A stretch of 64,000 nt of DNA, from positions 298 through 64,297 of the forward strand of contig CAWHTI010000002.1 in NCBI GenBank assembly GCA_963832225.1. Direction: 5' to 3'. Below the pieces are notes generated by a model. It saw only the letters and a list, made by a program, of their open reading frames with translations, ran no database searches and was not told the DNA's origin. This document shows positions 21,451 through 30,086 of this stretch, in pieces. A program made the translations under genes and the position numbers. Source of the stretch: an uncultured Actinomycetes bacterium. GTDB lineage: Bacteria > Actinomycetota > UBA4738 > HRBIN12. Numbering within the stretch: position 1 is the stretch's first letter; every line of letters starts with the position of its first letter.

Positions 21451-22458
21451 ATGCGCTCCGATCGCCGACCCATGTCCAATCCAAGCCGCCGTGCCGTGCT
21501 CGCCGGCGGCGCTGCCGCGCTGTCGCTGCCGTTCGTCGGGCGCGCATCGGCCCAGGCGCCGTGGCCGAGCCGTGTCGTCAAGGTGGTCGTGCCGTTCGCG
21601 CCGGGCGGCACCACCGACATCCTCGGCCGGCTGATGGCGCAAAAGCTGTCGGAGGAGTACGGCCAGCAGTTCATCGTCGAGAACAAGGCCGGCGCCGGCG
21701 GCAACATCGGCGCTGATGCGGTCGCAAAGTCCGATCCCGACGGCTACAACTTCGTCATCGGCACGCCGGGGCCGCACGTCATCAACCAGTATATCTACAA
21801 GAACCAGCCATTCGACGGCACGAAGGATATCGTGCCGGTCATCGTCATCGCCCGCGTGCCGAACCTGATCTCGGTCAATCCGGAGGTGAAGGCCAAGACC
21901 CTGCAGGAGTTCATCGCGCTGGCGAAAGCCAACCCGGGCAAACTCTCCTATGCCTCGCCGGGCAACGGCAGCACCGGGCATGTGGCGACCGAGCTGTTGA
22001 AGTCGATGGCGGGCATCGATCTCGTGCACGTCCCGTATCGCGGCAGCGCGCCAGCGCTGACCGACGTGATGGGTGGCCGGGTCGAGATGTCGCTCGACAA
22101 TCTGCCGGCGGTGCAGCCGTTCGTGGAGGGCGGCAAGCTGCGTCCGCTCGCGGTGACCACCGCAAAACGCTGGCCGGAGCTGCCGGACGTGCCGACCGTC
22201 GCAGAGGCGGGCGTGCCCGGCTACGAGGCGTCGTCCTGGTTCACGATTGCGGCGCCTGCGAAGACGCCGGCCGACATCATCGCAAAAGTGAACAAGAGCG
22301 TGAACACCTACATGGCCGACAAGGACATGATCGCGAAAATGCGCAAGCTCGGCGCCGATCCGGTCGGCGGCTCGCCCGATGACATGGCGAAGCTGATGGC
22401 GGACGAGAACGTGAAGTGGAAGAAGGCGATCGAGTTCGCAGGGCTGAAGCCGGAGTAG
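21451..22458 (+). CDS. Bug-family (TctC-like) tripartite tricarboxylate transporter substrate-binding protein
   Basis: Intact 335-aa ORF with Tat-like signal SRRAVLAGGAAALSLPFVGRASAQ, then VVPFAPGGTTDILGRLMAQKL..ENKAGAGGNIGA..PDGYNFVIG..YASPGNGSTGH..VHVPYRGSAPALTDV. Confidence 0.85.
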   Translation: MRSDRRPMSNPSRRAVLAGGAAALSLPFVGRASAQAPWPSRVVKVVVPFAPGGTTDILGRLMAQKLSEEYGQQFIVENKAGAGGNIGADAVAKSDPDGYNFVIGTPGPHVINQYIYKNQPFDGTKDIVPVIVIARVPNLISVNPEVKAKTLQEFIALAKANPGKLSYASPGNGSTGHVATELLKSMAGIDLVHVPYRGSAPALTDVMGGRVEMSLDNLPAVQPFVEGGKLRPLAVTTAKRWPELPDVPTVAEAGVPGYEASSWFTIAAPAKTPADIIAKVNKSVNTYMADKDMIAKMRKLGADPVGGSPDDMAKLMADENVKWKKAIEFAGLKPE

Positions 22459-22467
22459 GCGATAGCC

Positions 22468-22560
22468 TGTAGCCCGGATGAAGCGAAGCGAAATCCGGGG
22501 CTGAGTCCCGCGATCGATCGCTGATCAGCCCGGATTGCGCTGCGCTTCATCCGGGCTACA
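22468..22560. repeat. REP-like 32-nt inverted repeat (Bradyrhizobiaceae-type palindrome) between convergent genes
   Basis: Arm tgtagcccggatgaagcgaagcgaaatccggg (22468-22499) pairs with arm cccggattgcgctgcgcttcatccgggctaca (22529-22560). There are 2 mismatches and a 29-nt loop. One frame reads the familiar PDCAALHPGY pseudo-peptide. Confidence 0.8.
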
Positions 22561-22562
22561 AA

Positions 22563-24053
22563 CTACTTCGGAATCCTCGCCTTCAATTCCGGAATGAACG
22601 GCAGCATGGTCATGTCGAGGCACGCCGGGCCCGGCGCGTCGACGTCGATGATCTCGGTGCAGATCGCGTCGAACGCCGCGCGAAAATGGTTCTTCGCCTT
22701 CACGAACAGCAACTGCTCCTTCTCGATCTCGATGCCGTGCAGGTGAAAGAACGCCGGATCGTTGGCCGGCGCCACGTGCTCGGTGACGATGATGCGGATG
22801 TTGCCTGACTGCAGCAGCGCGGTGCGGCCGCAGCGCAGCTCGATGCCAGTCTCCATCGGGCCGATGTTGCGGAACACGCCGTCCGTCAGCCTGACGACCG
22901 TCGCCTCAACCGCGACCGGCGCGCCATAATCCTTCATCTCCTTGCCGCCGAGCGTGATGGTGCCGAGGTTCTTGCCCACGCCCGCGCGCCAGGCCGCGTC
23001 GACGACGGCCGGATCGGTGAAAGCCGCGAAGACCACCGGCCGGTTGGGCTTTGCCGCGACCAGCGCGCGGAACATTTCCGGCGTGTCGTTGATGCCGCCG
23101 GAATAAGGATTGTCGCCGGGGTCAGTCACCGCAAGCAGGCCGGGCTTGTTGGAGGCAAGCGCACGGGCGACGCCGGCCGCAGCCGTCGGCAGCGAGATCA
23201 TGAATTCCGGCTGCTTCCGCTTGAGCTCGTCGCCGATCCTGCGCGCGATCTGCTCCGCCTTCGCAGCGTCGCCATCGGTCACGACAAGCGCGCAGCCGCC
23301 GGTGCCCGGCGTGTTGGCGAAGGGAAAGCCGCCGAACACGGTCGCTTCCAGCACGCCCGGCTCCCTGCGCTGCTCGGCCGCGAATTCTTCCAGATCGCGC
23401 ATCGGCCCTTCCTTGGTGCGCATGTTGAAGCTCGGCAGCAGCAAACCCTCATTGAGGATGCGGCAGACCGGTTTGATCTCGCCGGCCACCGTTCGCTCCA
23501 GCACGCTCAGCACGCGCCAGGCGGTCTCGCGCATGTCGATGTGCGGGTAGGTGCGGTAGACGCTGCCTGTCGTCAGGTAGTTTGACAGCTCGTCGGCGAG
23601 GTTGCCGTGAATGTCGAAGCTGGCGCCGATCGGGACGATCGGTTGAATCTTCCGGATTTCCTGCAAAAGCTCGACCTCAGGATCTTCGCGCTTCGTCGTG
23701 ACCCCGGCTCCGTGCAGTGATAGGTAGATCGCGTCGAACTTTTGGTCCTTGAGGTCCGCCAGGGTCTCCTGGAGGAACGCGGTGAACACCTCGTCGTCGA
23801 TCTGGCCGGCAGGCGAAGCCGACGCACAGCGGAACACCTCCACATCCCAATCCGGATACTTTTCGGCGAACTCGATGACGGCGCGGAGCTCGCTTTCCTG
23901 GGCGGTATGGTTCAGGGCGTCCTGGCCGCGGCGCCATTCCCGCCGCGCGAACGCGGCGCGATCGGCGAGCAGGGGGCTGAACGAGTTGCCCTCATACCAG
24001 AAGCGGGCGACAGCGAGGCGGCGGCGTTTTTCGAGTCCGTTCTTTTCGACCAT
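22563..24053 (-). CDS. M81-family metallopeptidase (MlrC-like)
   Basis: Intact ORF: RLAVARFWYEGNSFSP..DAIYLSLHGAGVT..ASFDIHGNL..YRTYPHIDM..GGFPFANTPGTG..VTDPGDNPYSGG..VKAKNHFRAAF. The start is taken as MVEKNG (24053). Confidence 0.8.
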   Translation of the reverse strand: MVEKNGLEKRRRLAVARFWYEGNSFSPLLADRAAFARREWRRGQDALNHTAQESELRAVIEFAEKYPDWDVEVFRCASASPAGQIDDEVFTAFLQETLADLKDQKFDAIYLSLHGAGVTTKREDPEVELLQEIRKIQPIVPIGASFDIHGNLADELSNYLTTGSVYRTYPHIDMRETAWRVLSVLERTVAGEIKPVCRILNEGLLLPSFNMRTKEGPMRDLEEFAAEQRREPGVLEATVFGGFPFANTPGTGGCALVVTDGDAAKAEQIARRIGDELKRKQPEFMISLPTAAAGVARALASNKPGLLAVTDPGDNPYSGGINDTPEMFRALVAAKPNRPVVFAAFTDPAVVDAAWRAGVGKNLGTITLGGKEMKDYGAPVAVEATVVRLTDGVFRNIGPMETGIELRCGRTALLQSGNIRIIVTEHVAPANDPAFFHLHGIEIEKEQLLFVKAKNHFRAAFDAICTEIIDVDAPGPACLDMTMLPFIPELKARIPK

Positions 24054-24173
24054 TGGCGGGTTTCTTAAATCCTCGTTTGAAGGCAGAATGTGTTTCCGCA
24101 GAATGCCTTGCATGGCTGTTCTTCAACGCCGTCGATAGCACGCCGCAAACGCCAAAATCAGAAAGAAGACGAG

Positions 24174-25082
24174 ATGACACGCATTCTTCCACGGCAGATC
24201 GGGCTCGAGCTTCCGGTCGCCGTCGGCGGCAAGGGCATCGAGTTGTTCGATTCGACGGGCAAGGCGTACATCGACGCCTCGGGTGGCGCTGCGGTGTCGT
24301 GTCTCGGTCACGGCCATCCGGACGTGAACGCCGCGCTGCATGCGCAGGTCGACCAACTCGCCTACACCCATTCGAGCTTCTTCACGACAGAAGTCGCCGA
24401 AGCGCCTCGCCGACACGCTGATCGCGGACGCGCCGAAGGGGCTGTCGCACGTCTATTTCGTCAGCGGCGGTTCGGAGGCCGTCGAAGCCTCGCTGAAGAT
24501 GGCGCGGCAGCATTTCGTCGAGATCGGCCAGCCGCAGCGGACGAAGGTGATCGCGCGCCGGCAGAGCTATCACGGCAACACGCTGGGAGCGCTGGCGACC
24601 GGCGGCAACGAGCTGAGGCGGACCCAGTTCAAGCCGCTGCTGATCGAAACGGCGCATGCCGATCCGTGCTTTGCCTACCGCTTCAAGGAGCCGGGCGAGA
24701 GCGACGAGGCGTATGCGGTGCGGGCCGCGCAATCGCTCGAGGACAAGATCCTGGAGCTCGGCCCTGACAAGGTGATCGCGTTCGTGGCCGAGACCGTGGT
24801 CGGCGCCACGTCCGGAGCGGTGCCGCCGGTCGCCGACTACTTCAAGCGCATCCGCGCGATCTGCGACCGCTACGGCGTGCTGTTGATCCTCGACGAGGTG
24901 ATGAGCGGCATGGGCCGCACCGGCACGCTGCATGCCTGCGAGCAGGAGGGCATTGCGCCGGACCTGATCACCATCGCCAAGGGACTCGGCGGCGGTTATC
25001 AGCCGATCGGCGCGGTGTTGATCGGGCAAAAGATATTCGATGCCTTCGACAAGGGCTCAAAGGTGTTCCAGCATGGGCAGAC
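24174..25082 (+). pseudogene. Class-III aminotransferase, 3'-truncated at the mosaic junction; one frame hop near ~24400
   Basis: Pieces are [43 protein letters not shown] / [74 protein letters not shown]. Homology then stops with no stop codon. Confidence 0.8.
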
Positions 25083-26591
25083 CCGTCCTCCCATGGCTCG
25101 CGCCATGATCCCCTTGAGCTCGGGCTCGGTGGACAGGAAGCGGTCCTCCAGCGGCCTGGTCCACGTGAGTCCCAGCGCCGCCGTCCCGCGCGGGATGATC
25201 GTGATGCGGTGCACCGGATCGGAGTCCGCCGTGAAGTGCGCGACGAGCGCGTGGCCCATCTCGTGGAACGCCACGCGCGTCTTCACCTTGTCGCTCATGA
25301 CCCGCGACTTGCGCTCCAGGCCCACGGACGCGCGGTCGATCGCCTCCTCGAGCTCCGCGGCCGTCACCGCGTTCTTCTCACGGCGGGCGGCCAGCAGCGC
25401 GGCCTCGTTCACGACGTTCGCGAGATCCGCGCCCGTGAAGCCCGGCGTGCGCGCCGCGATCGTCTTGAGGTCCACGGACGGGTCCAGTGCCACGCCGCGA
25501 GCGTGGACACGCAGGATCTCCTCACGACCGTGCAGATCAGGCCGGTCGACGACGACCTGGCGGTCGAACCGACCCGGTCGCACGAGGGCCGGGTCCAGCA
25601 CGTCGGGCCGGTTCGTGGCGGCCATGATGATCACGCCCTTGCTGGCGTCGAAGCCGTCCATCTCGACCAGCAGCTGGTTCAGCGTCTGCTCGCGTTCGTC
25701 GTGGCCGCCGAAGCCCGAGCTCATGGCACCCGCGCGTCCCTTGCCGATCGTGTCGATCTCGTCCAGGAACACGAGCGCCGGCGCCTTCTCCTTCGCCTGC
25801 TGGAAGAGCTCGCGCACCCGCGCCGCGCCCAGCCCGACGAACATCTCCACGAACTCCGAGCCCGACATGAAGAAGAAGGGAACGTTGGCCTCACCGGCCA
25901 CGGCACGCGCCAGGAGCGTCTTGCCGCACCCGGGCGGGCCCAGGAGCAGGACGCCCTTCGGGATCCTGCCGCCCAGCCGCTGGTACTTCTTCGGGTTCTT
26001 CAGGAAGTCGACGATCTCGCGGAGCTCGTCCTTCGCCTCGTCCACGCCGGCGACGTCGGCGAACGTCGATTTCATCTCCTTGCGGTCGTACACCTTGACC
26101 TTATTACGGCCGAGGTTCAGCGCCGATCCGGCTCCCCCGCCCATCCGCCGGAAGATGAAGAAGTAGACGAGCAGCATCACCAGCACGAAGGGCAGGATGT
26201 TGATCAGGAGGCTGGTCAGGACGCTCGGTTGGGTGAACTTGTACTGGACGCCGTTCGCCTCCAGGAAGTCGGTGAACGTGGTGTCCAGGGTGAAGTTCGG
26301 CGAGAGCTGCGCGGTGAAGGCCTGTTCCTGGCCGTTATCGTCGAACGTCCCCGAGATGTCGGAGCTCGAGATCGTGAGGGTGCCGGTGATCGCGCCGTCC
26401 TCGACGAGCTGGGTGAACCGGGAGTAGTCGATCGTGGACGTTCCCGCGCTCGAGAGCATGTAGTTGAAGACGATCAGGATGAGCAGCAGGATCGGGATCG
26501 ACAGCCACGGCGAGAACTTCGGGCGCGGCATGCCGGGCCCACCCTGGCCGTCGCCTCCCAGCCCACGCTTGTTGTTGCCGTTGTCCGCCAT
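25081..26591 (-). pseudogene. ftsH: ATP-dependent zinc metalloprotease FtsH, 3'-truncated at the mosaic junction
   Basis: It has two TM segments, Walker [19 protein letters not shown], Walker [34 protein letters not shown] and zinc site HEMGHALV. Homology ends at ..[10 protein letters not shown]. The start is MADNGNNK (26591). Confidence 0.9.
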
Positions 26592-26697
26592 GGCAAGCAT
26601 CTTCCCACCGGCCGCGATATGTGACAGCCGAGCGTGCGTGGGCACGGATCGGCGACGCCGGCGACGAGGCCCGGGGATCCGCCGCCGCGGGTGTACC

Positions 26698-27303
26698 GTG
26701 CTAGGCGTGTCGACCGCGCAACAGGCACCGCCCGAGGACGACCCGGCGCTGCGCGCCCGGTTCGAGCGCGACGTGATGCCGCTGCTCCCGGGCCTGTACT
26801 CCTCCGCCTTGCGCATGACCCGCAACCCCGCCGACGCCGAGGACCTCGTGCAGGACACGGTGCTGCGCGCCTATCGCGGCTTCGGCGGGTTCCAGGAGGG
26901 CACGAACCTGAAGGCCTGGCTGTACCGGATCCTCACGAACAGCTTCATCAACACCTACCGCAAGAAGCAGCGGCAGCCGGCCACGGTCGAGGGACCCGAC
27001 GACCTCGACGAGTGGTATCTGTTCGATCGGCTCGGCTCCCGCAACGTGGAGCCCTCCGCCGAATCCGCCGTCCTCGAGCAGCTCCCCGACGAGGCCGTCC
27101 AGCGGGCCCTCGAGGCGCTGCCGGAGGGGTTCCGGATGGCCGTGCTGCTCGCGGACGTCCAGGGCTTCTCGTACAAGGAGATCGCCGAGATGCTGGACAT
27201 CCCGATCGGCACCGTGATGTCGAGGCTGCATCGGGGAAGGAAAGCCCTCGAGAAGGCGTTGTGGGACACAGCCGTCGAACGGGGGATCGTCCGTGAAACC
27301 TGA
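26698..27303 (+). CDS. sigH: ECF sigma factor of the SigH/SigR type
   Basis: Pieces are [102 protein letters not shown]. It is followed by a ZAS anti-sigma gene. The start is GTG 26698 or 26707. Confidence 0.85.
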   Translation: MLGVSTAQQAPPEDDPALRARFERDVMPLLPGLYSSALRMTRNPADAEDLVQDTVLRAYRGFGGFQEGTNLKAWLYRILTNSFINTYRKKQRQPATVEGPDDLDEWYLFDRLGSRNVEPSAESAVLEQLPDEAVQRALEALPEGFRMAVLLADVQGFSYKEIAEMLDIPIGTVMSRLHRGRKALEKALWDTAVERGIVRET

Positions 27304-27547
27304 ATGTCAGCAGGCCCTGCAGGACATCGAGCGCTTCCTGGACGGCGAGATGGACCAGCCGGAGCGGGGTCTGATCGACGAGCACCTGCAAGGGTGCACC
27401 CCCTGCATGGAGCGCGCCGACTTCAAGCGGTCCGTGAAGGAGCTGATCGCCTCGAGATGCGGATGCGACGACCTCCCCTCGGGCCTCAGGGAGCGGATCT
27501 CCGGATTGCTCCAGGGCTCGCCCCGAACCGCCCCGCGCGACGCCTGA
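27293..27547 (+). CDS. rsrA: Zinc-binding anti-sigma factor (RsrA/RshA, ZAS family)
   Basis: The protein reads [52 protein letters not shown] and carries the H-x3-C-x2-C ZAS motif. Its start overlaps the sigma-gene stop. Confidence 0.85.
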   Translation: MKPECQQALQDIERFLDGEMDQPERGLIDEHLQGCTPCMERADFKRSVKELIASRCGCDDLPSGLRERISGLLQGSPRTAPRDA

Positions 27548-27613
27548 TCCCGCCTCGCGCCGGCGACCGAACCTCCGCACCGTCCGCGTCGAAAGGGGCG
27601 TCGAGGGGAGGTC

Positions 27614-27811
27614 GTGAAATCGATGAAGGGCACACGTCCCGGCAAGCTCCCACCACCGAATCACATCGAGCCCGTCGGTCGCGTCTGCGACGAACCGGAC
27701 TGTGAGACGGCGCTCTCGATCTACAACCGCAGCACACGCTGCTGGCAGCACACCGACATCGTCTTCCCGAACTACCGCGGCAAGCGGCTGTCGCCCGGTC
27801 ACTCCTCGTAA
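27614..27811 (+). CDS. Small Cys/His-containing hypothetical protein (65 aa)
   Basis: ORF with RBS gaggggagg and a GTG start. It contains VCDEPDCETALSIYNRSTRCWQH (C-x4-C ... C-x2-H). No family was recognised. Confidence 0.4.
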   Translation: MKSMKGTRPGKLPPPNHIEPVGRVCDEPDCETALSIYNRSTRCWQHTDIVFPNYRGKRLSPGHSS

Positions 27812-27858
27812 GATCCTCGCGCGCTCCGTCTGGCTAGGATGCCCGCGGGAGGTGGTCG

Positions 27859-28581
27859 GTGGAGCTCGGCACGGTGCTCGGGGTGTGGGCCCACCCCGAC
27901 GACGAGACGTATCTGTCGGCGGGCCTCATGGCCGCGGCGGTCCGCGCAGGGTCGCGCGTGGTGTGCGTGACCGCCACTCGCGGTGAGGGGGGCTCGACCG
28001 ACGAGGTGCGCTGGCCGCCGGTCACGATGGCGGCGGTCCGGGAGCGCGAGCTGCTGCGATCGTTCGAGATCCTGGGGGTGGCGGATCATCGCTTCCTCGA
28101 TCTGCCGGATGTCGACATGCAGACCGGCTTGCCGGAGTCCGGCTCCGCGGACGTCGCCCGCGTGATGGCGGAGGTCCGGCCCGACACAGTGCTGACGTTC
28201 GGGCCCGACGGGATGACCGGACACCGGGCGCATCAGGACGTGAGCCGCTGGACCACCGAGGCCTTCGAACGGTCCGCCCCGCCGGGCGCCCGGCTGCACT
28301 ACGCCACGACGTCGCCGGCGTGGGCGGAGGAGTTCGTCCCCGAGATGAACCGGTTCGACGTGTACCTCCCGGGCACGCCCCCGGTCACGTCGGTGGAGGA
28401 GATGAGCATCCGCCGCGAGCTCGATCCGGATCTGCTCGAGCTGAAGCTTCGGGCGATCGCGGAGCACGAGAGCCAGGTGGGGGCGATGATCGCGGCGTTC
28501 GGCCCGGACTTCTTCCGCCGCGCCATGCGCGAGGAGTGCTTCCGACCGGGCGGCCACGTCGGCGAGGGAGGGGCGCGGTGA
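27859..28581 (+). CDS. PIG-L/LmbE-family N-acetylglucosaminyl deacetylase (MshB/Mca-like fold)
   Basis: The protein reads VLGVWAHPDDETYLSAGLMAAAV..VVCVTATRGEGG..FGPDGMTGHRAHQDV. The AHPDDE and H-x2-H motifs are typical of PIG-L proteins. Confidence 0.8.
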   Translation: MELGTVLGVWAHPDDETYLSAGLMAAAVRAGSRVVCVTATRGEGGSTDEVRWPPVTMAAVRERELLRSFEILGVADHRFLDLPDVDMQTGLPESGSADVARVMAEVRPDTVLTFGPDGMTGHRAHQDVSRWTTEAFERSAPPGARLHYATTSPAWAEEFVPEMNRFDVYLPGTPPVTSVEEMSIRRELDPDLLELKLRAIAEHESQVGAMIAAFGPDFFRRAMREECFRPGGHVGEGGAR

Positions 28582-30086
28582 CGGACCGGCCGGAGCCGAT
28601 GCGCGACCTGGACTGGGATCCGCAGCGAGCCCGTGCGTTCACCGATCGCGCCGCGGATCTCTTCGAGGAGCTGCTGCAACGGGTACGGGACCTGCCCGTC
28701 ACGAACAAGGTGACGACCCCGGACGTCCGCGACGCCGTGGCGATCGACATCCCCGAGGAGCCGATGCCGCAGGACGCGCTGATCTCCTACCTGCACGACA
28801 TGGTCTTCGAGCGGTCGATGTATCCCGGACACCCCCGGTTCATGGCGTACGTGAGCGGTGCTGGGACGATCCCCGGCGCGGCCGCCGATCTGCTCGCCGC
28901 CGGGTTGAACATGAACGCGGGTGGGTGGCTGCTCTCGCCGTCCGCCTCGGAGATCGAGCGACACCTCACCGCCACCTTCGCGCGATGGTTCGGGATGCCA
29001 TCCGAGGCGGGAGGCATCCTCGTCTCGGGCGGCGCGATGGCGAACTTCGTCGGGCTGAAGGTGGCGCGCGACCGCCACGCCGGGTGGGACGTCCGCTCCG
29101 ACGGCGTGGCCGGACACCCTCGGCTGGCGATCTATCTGTCCGCCGAGACGCACGTCGTCAGCTCCCGTGCCGCGGACATGATGGGTCTCGGAACGGACGC
29201 CGTGCGGAAGATCCCCGTCGGCGCCGACTTCCGGATCCGGGTGGACGAGCTCCGCGCCGCGATCCGCCGAGACCGTGACGCCGGCGTGCGTCCCATCGCC
29301 GTGGTCGGCTCCGCCGGGACGGTCGCCACCGGAGCCGTAGATCCCCTGGAGACGCTCGCGGATCTCTGTGCGGATGAGGGACTCTGGTTCCACGTCGACG
29401 CCGCGTACGGCGGTCCGGCCGCGTTCACCGAGGATCTCGCGCCGCTGTTCGCCGGCATCCACCGCGCGGACTCGATCGCCTTCGACCCGCACAAGTGGCT
29501 GTACACGCCGCTGTCCGGCGGCTGCGTACTGGTGCGCGATCTGCAGTTCCTCTCGGACTCCTTCTCGATCACCGCGACCTACGTCCATCAGGACAAGGAG
29601 CGCACGGGCCGCGGCGTCGACGGCTCGCAGCTCGGACCGGAGTTCAGTCGCGCCAACCAGTCCCTGAAGGTCTGGATGTCGCTGCTCGCGCACGGCAGGC
29701 GGGCCTACGTCGCCCGGATCTCCCACGACGCCGCGCTCGCCCGGTACCTCGGCGCCCGGGCGCAGGAGCGACCCGACTTCGAGCTCGTCACACCGGTCGG
29801 GTTGTCGATCTGCTGCTTCCGATACGTTCCGCCGGATCTTCCGGACCACCCGGAGCGGGAACCCTATCTCTCGGTGCTGAACGAACGGTTGATGACGGAG
29901 GCACAGCTCGACGGCCGCACCTTCTTCTCGAACGCCATACTCGACGAGCGCTTCGTGCTGCGGGCCTGCATCGTGAATTTCCGCACCGAGGCCGACGACC
30001 TGGATGCGACGCTCGACGTCGCCGCGGAGATCGGCGGCCGGCTGGATGCGGAGCTCCGCCCGGCGGAGCTCGGCGGCGGCGCGTGA
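28578..30086 (+). CDS. Group II pyridoxal-phosphate-dependent decarboxylase (aromatic amino acid/glutamate decarboxylase family)
   Basis: The protein reads HPRFMAYVSGAGT..GILVSGGAMANFVGLKVAR..AVVGSAGTVATGAVDPL..LWFHVDAAYGG..SIAFDPHKWLYTP, with the DPHK lysine motif. Its GTG start overlaps the PIG-L stop (GTGA). Confidence 0.85.
   Translation: MTDRPEPMRDLDWDPQRARAFTDRAADLFEELLQRVRDLPVTNKVTTPDVRDAVAIDIPEEPMPQDALISYLHDMVFERSMYPGHPRFMAYVSGAGTIPGAAADLLAAGLNMNAGGWLLSPSASEIERHLTATFARWFGMPSEAGGILVSGGAMANFVGLKVARDRHAGWDVRSDGVAGHPRLAIYLSAETHVVSSRAADMMGLGTDAVRKIPVGADFRIRVDELRAAIRRDRDAGVRPIAVVGSAGTVATGAVDPLETLADLCADEGLWFHVDAAYGGPAAFTEDLAPLFAGIHRADSIAFDPHKWLYTPLSGGCVLVRDLQFLSDSFSITATYVHQDKERTGRGVDGSQLGPEFSRANQSLKVWMSLLAHGRRAYVARISHDAALARYLGARAQERPDFELVTPVGLSICCFRYVPPDLPDHPEREPYLSVLNERLMTEAQLDGRTFFSNAILDERFVLRACIVNFRTEADDLDATLDVAAEIGGRLDAELRPAELGGGA

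Noticed and set aside
22480-22491. Shared 9-mer agcgaagcg between the alphaproteobacterial REP arm and the reverse complement of the actinobacterial 37-bp repeat core (cgcttcgct)
   Set aside because: The match is too short, and the flanking sequence is unrelated. I treat it as coincidence.
4995-25082. Genuine horizontally acquired genomic island or ICE
   Set aside because: There is no integrase, relaxase or transposase, no flanking tRNA and no direct repeats. Both borders cut coding sequences mid-domain (TatD, a repeat element, an aminotransferase and FtsH). The actinobacterial flanks are not contiguous with each other. A chimera or splice is the better explanation, although read-level data are needed to confirm it.
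26592-26697. Autoregulatory SigH/SigR-type promoter (GGAAT-N18-GTT) upstream of the sigma gene
   Set aside because: I found no convincing match by eye in the ftsH-sigH intergenic region. The nearest candidate (ggggatcc...gtg) deviates in both elements, so no promoter is called.
26464-26697. Long N-terminal extension of the sigma factor implied by ORF 26464..27303
   Set aside because: The upstream part overlaps the ftsH 5' end on the opposite strand and has no sigma-factor homology. Conserved region 2 begins soon after the GTG at 26698/26707.
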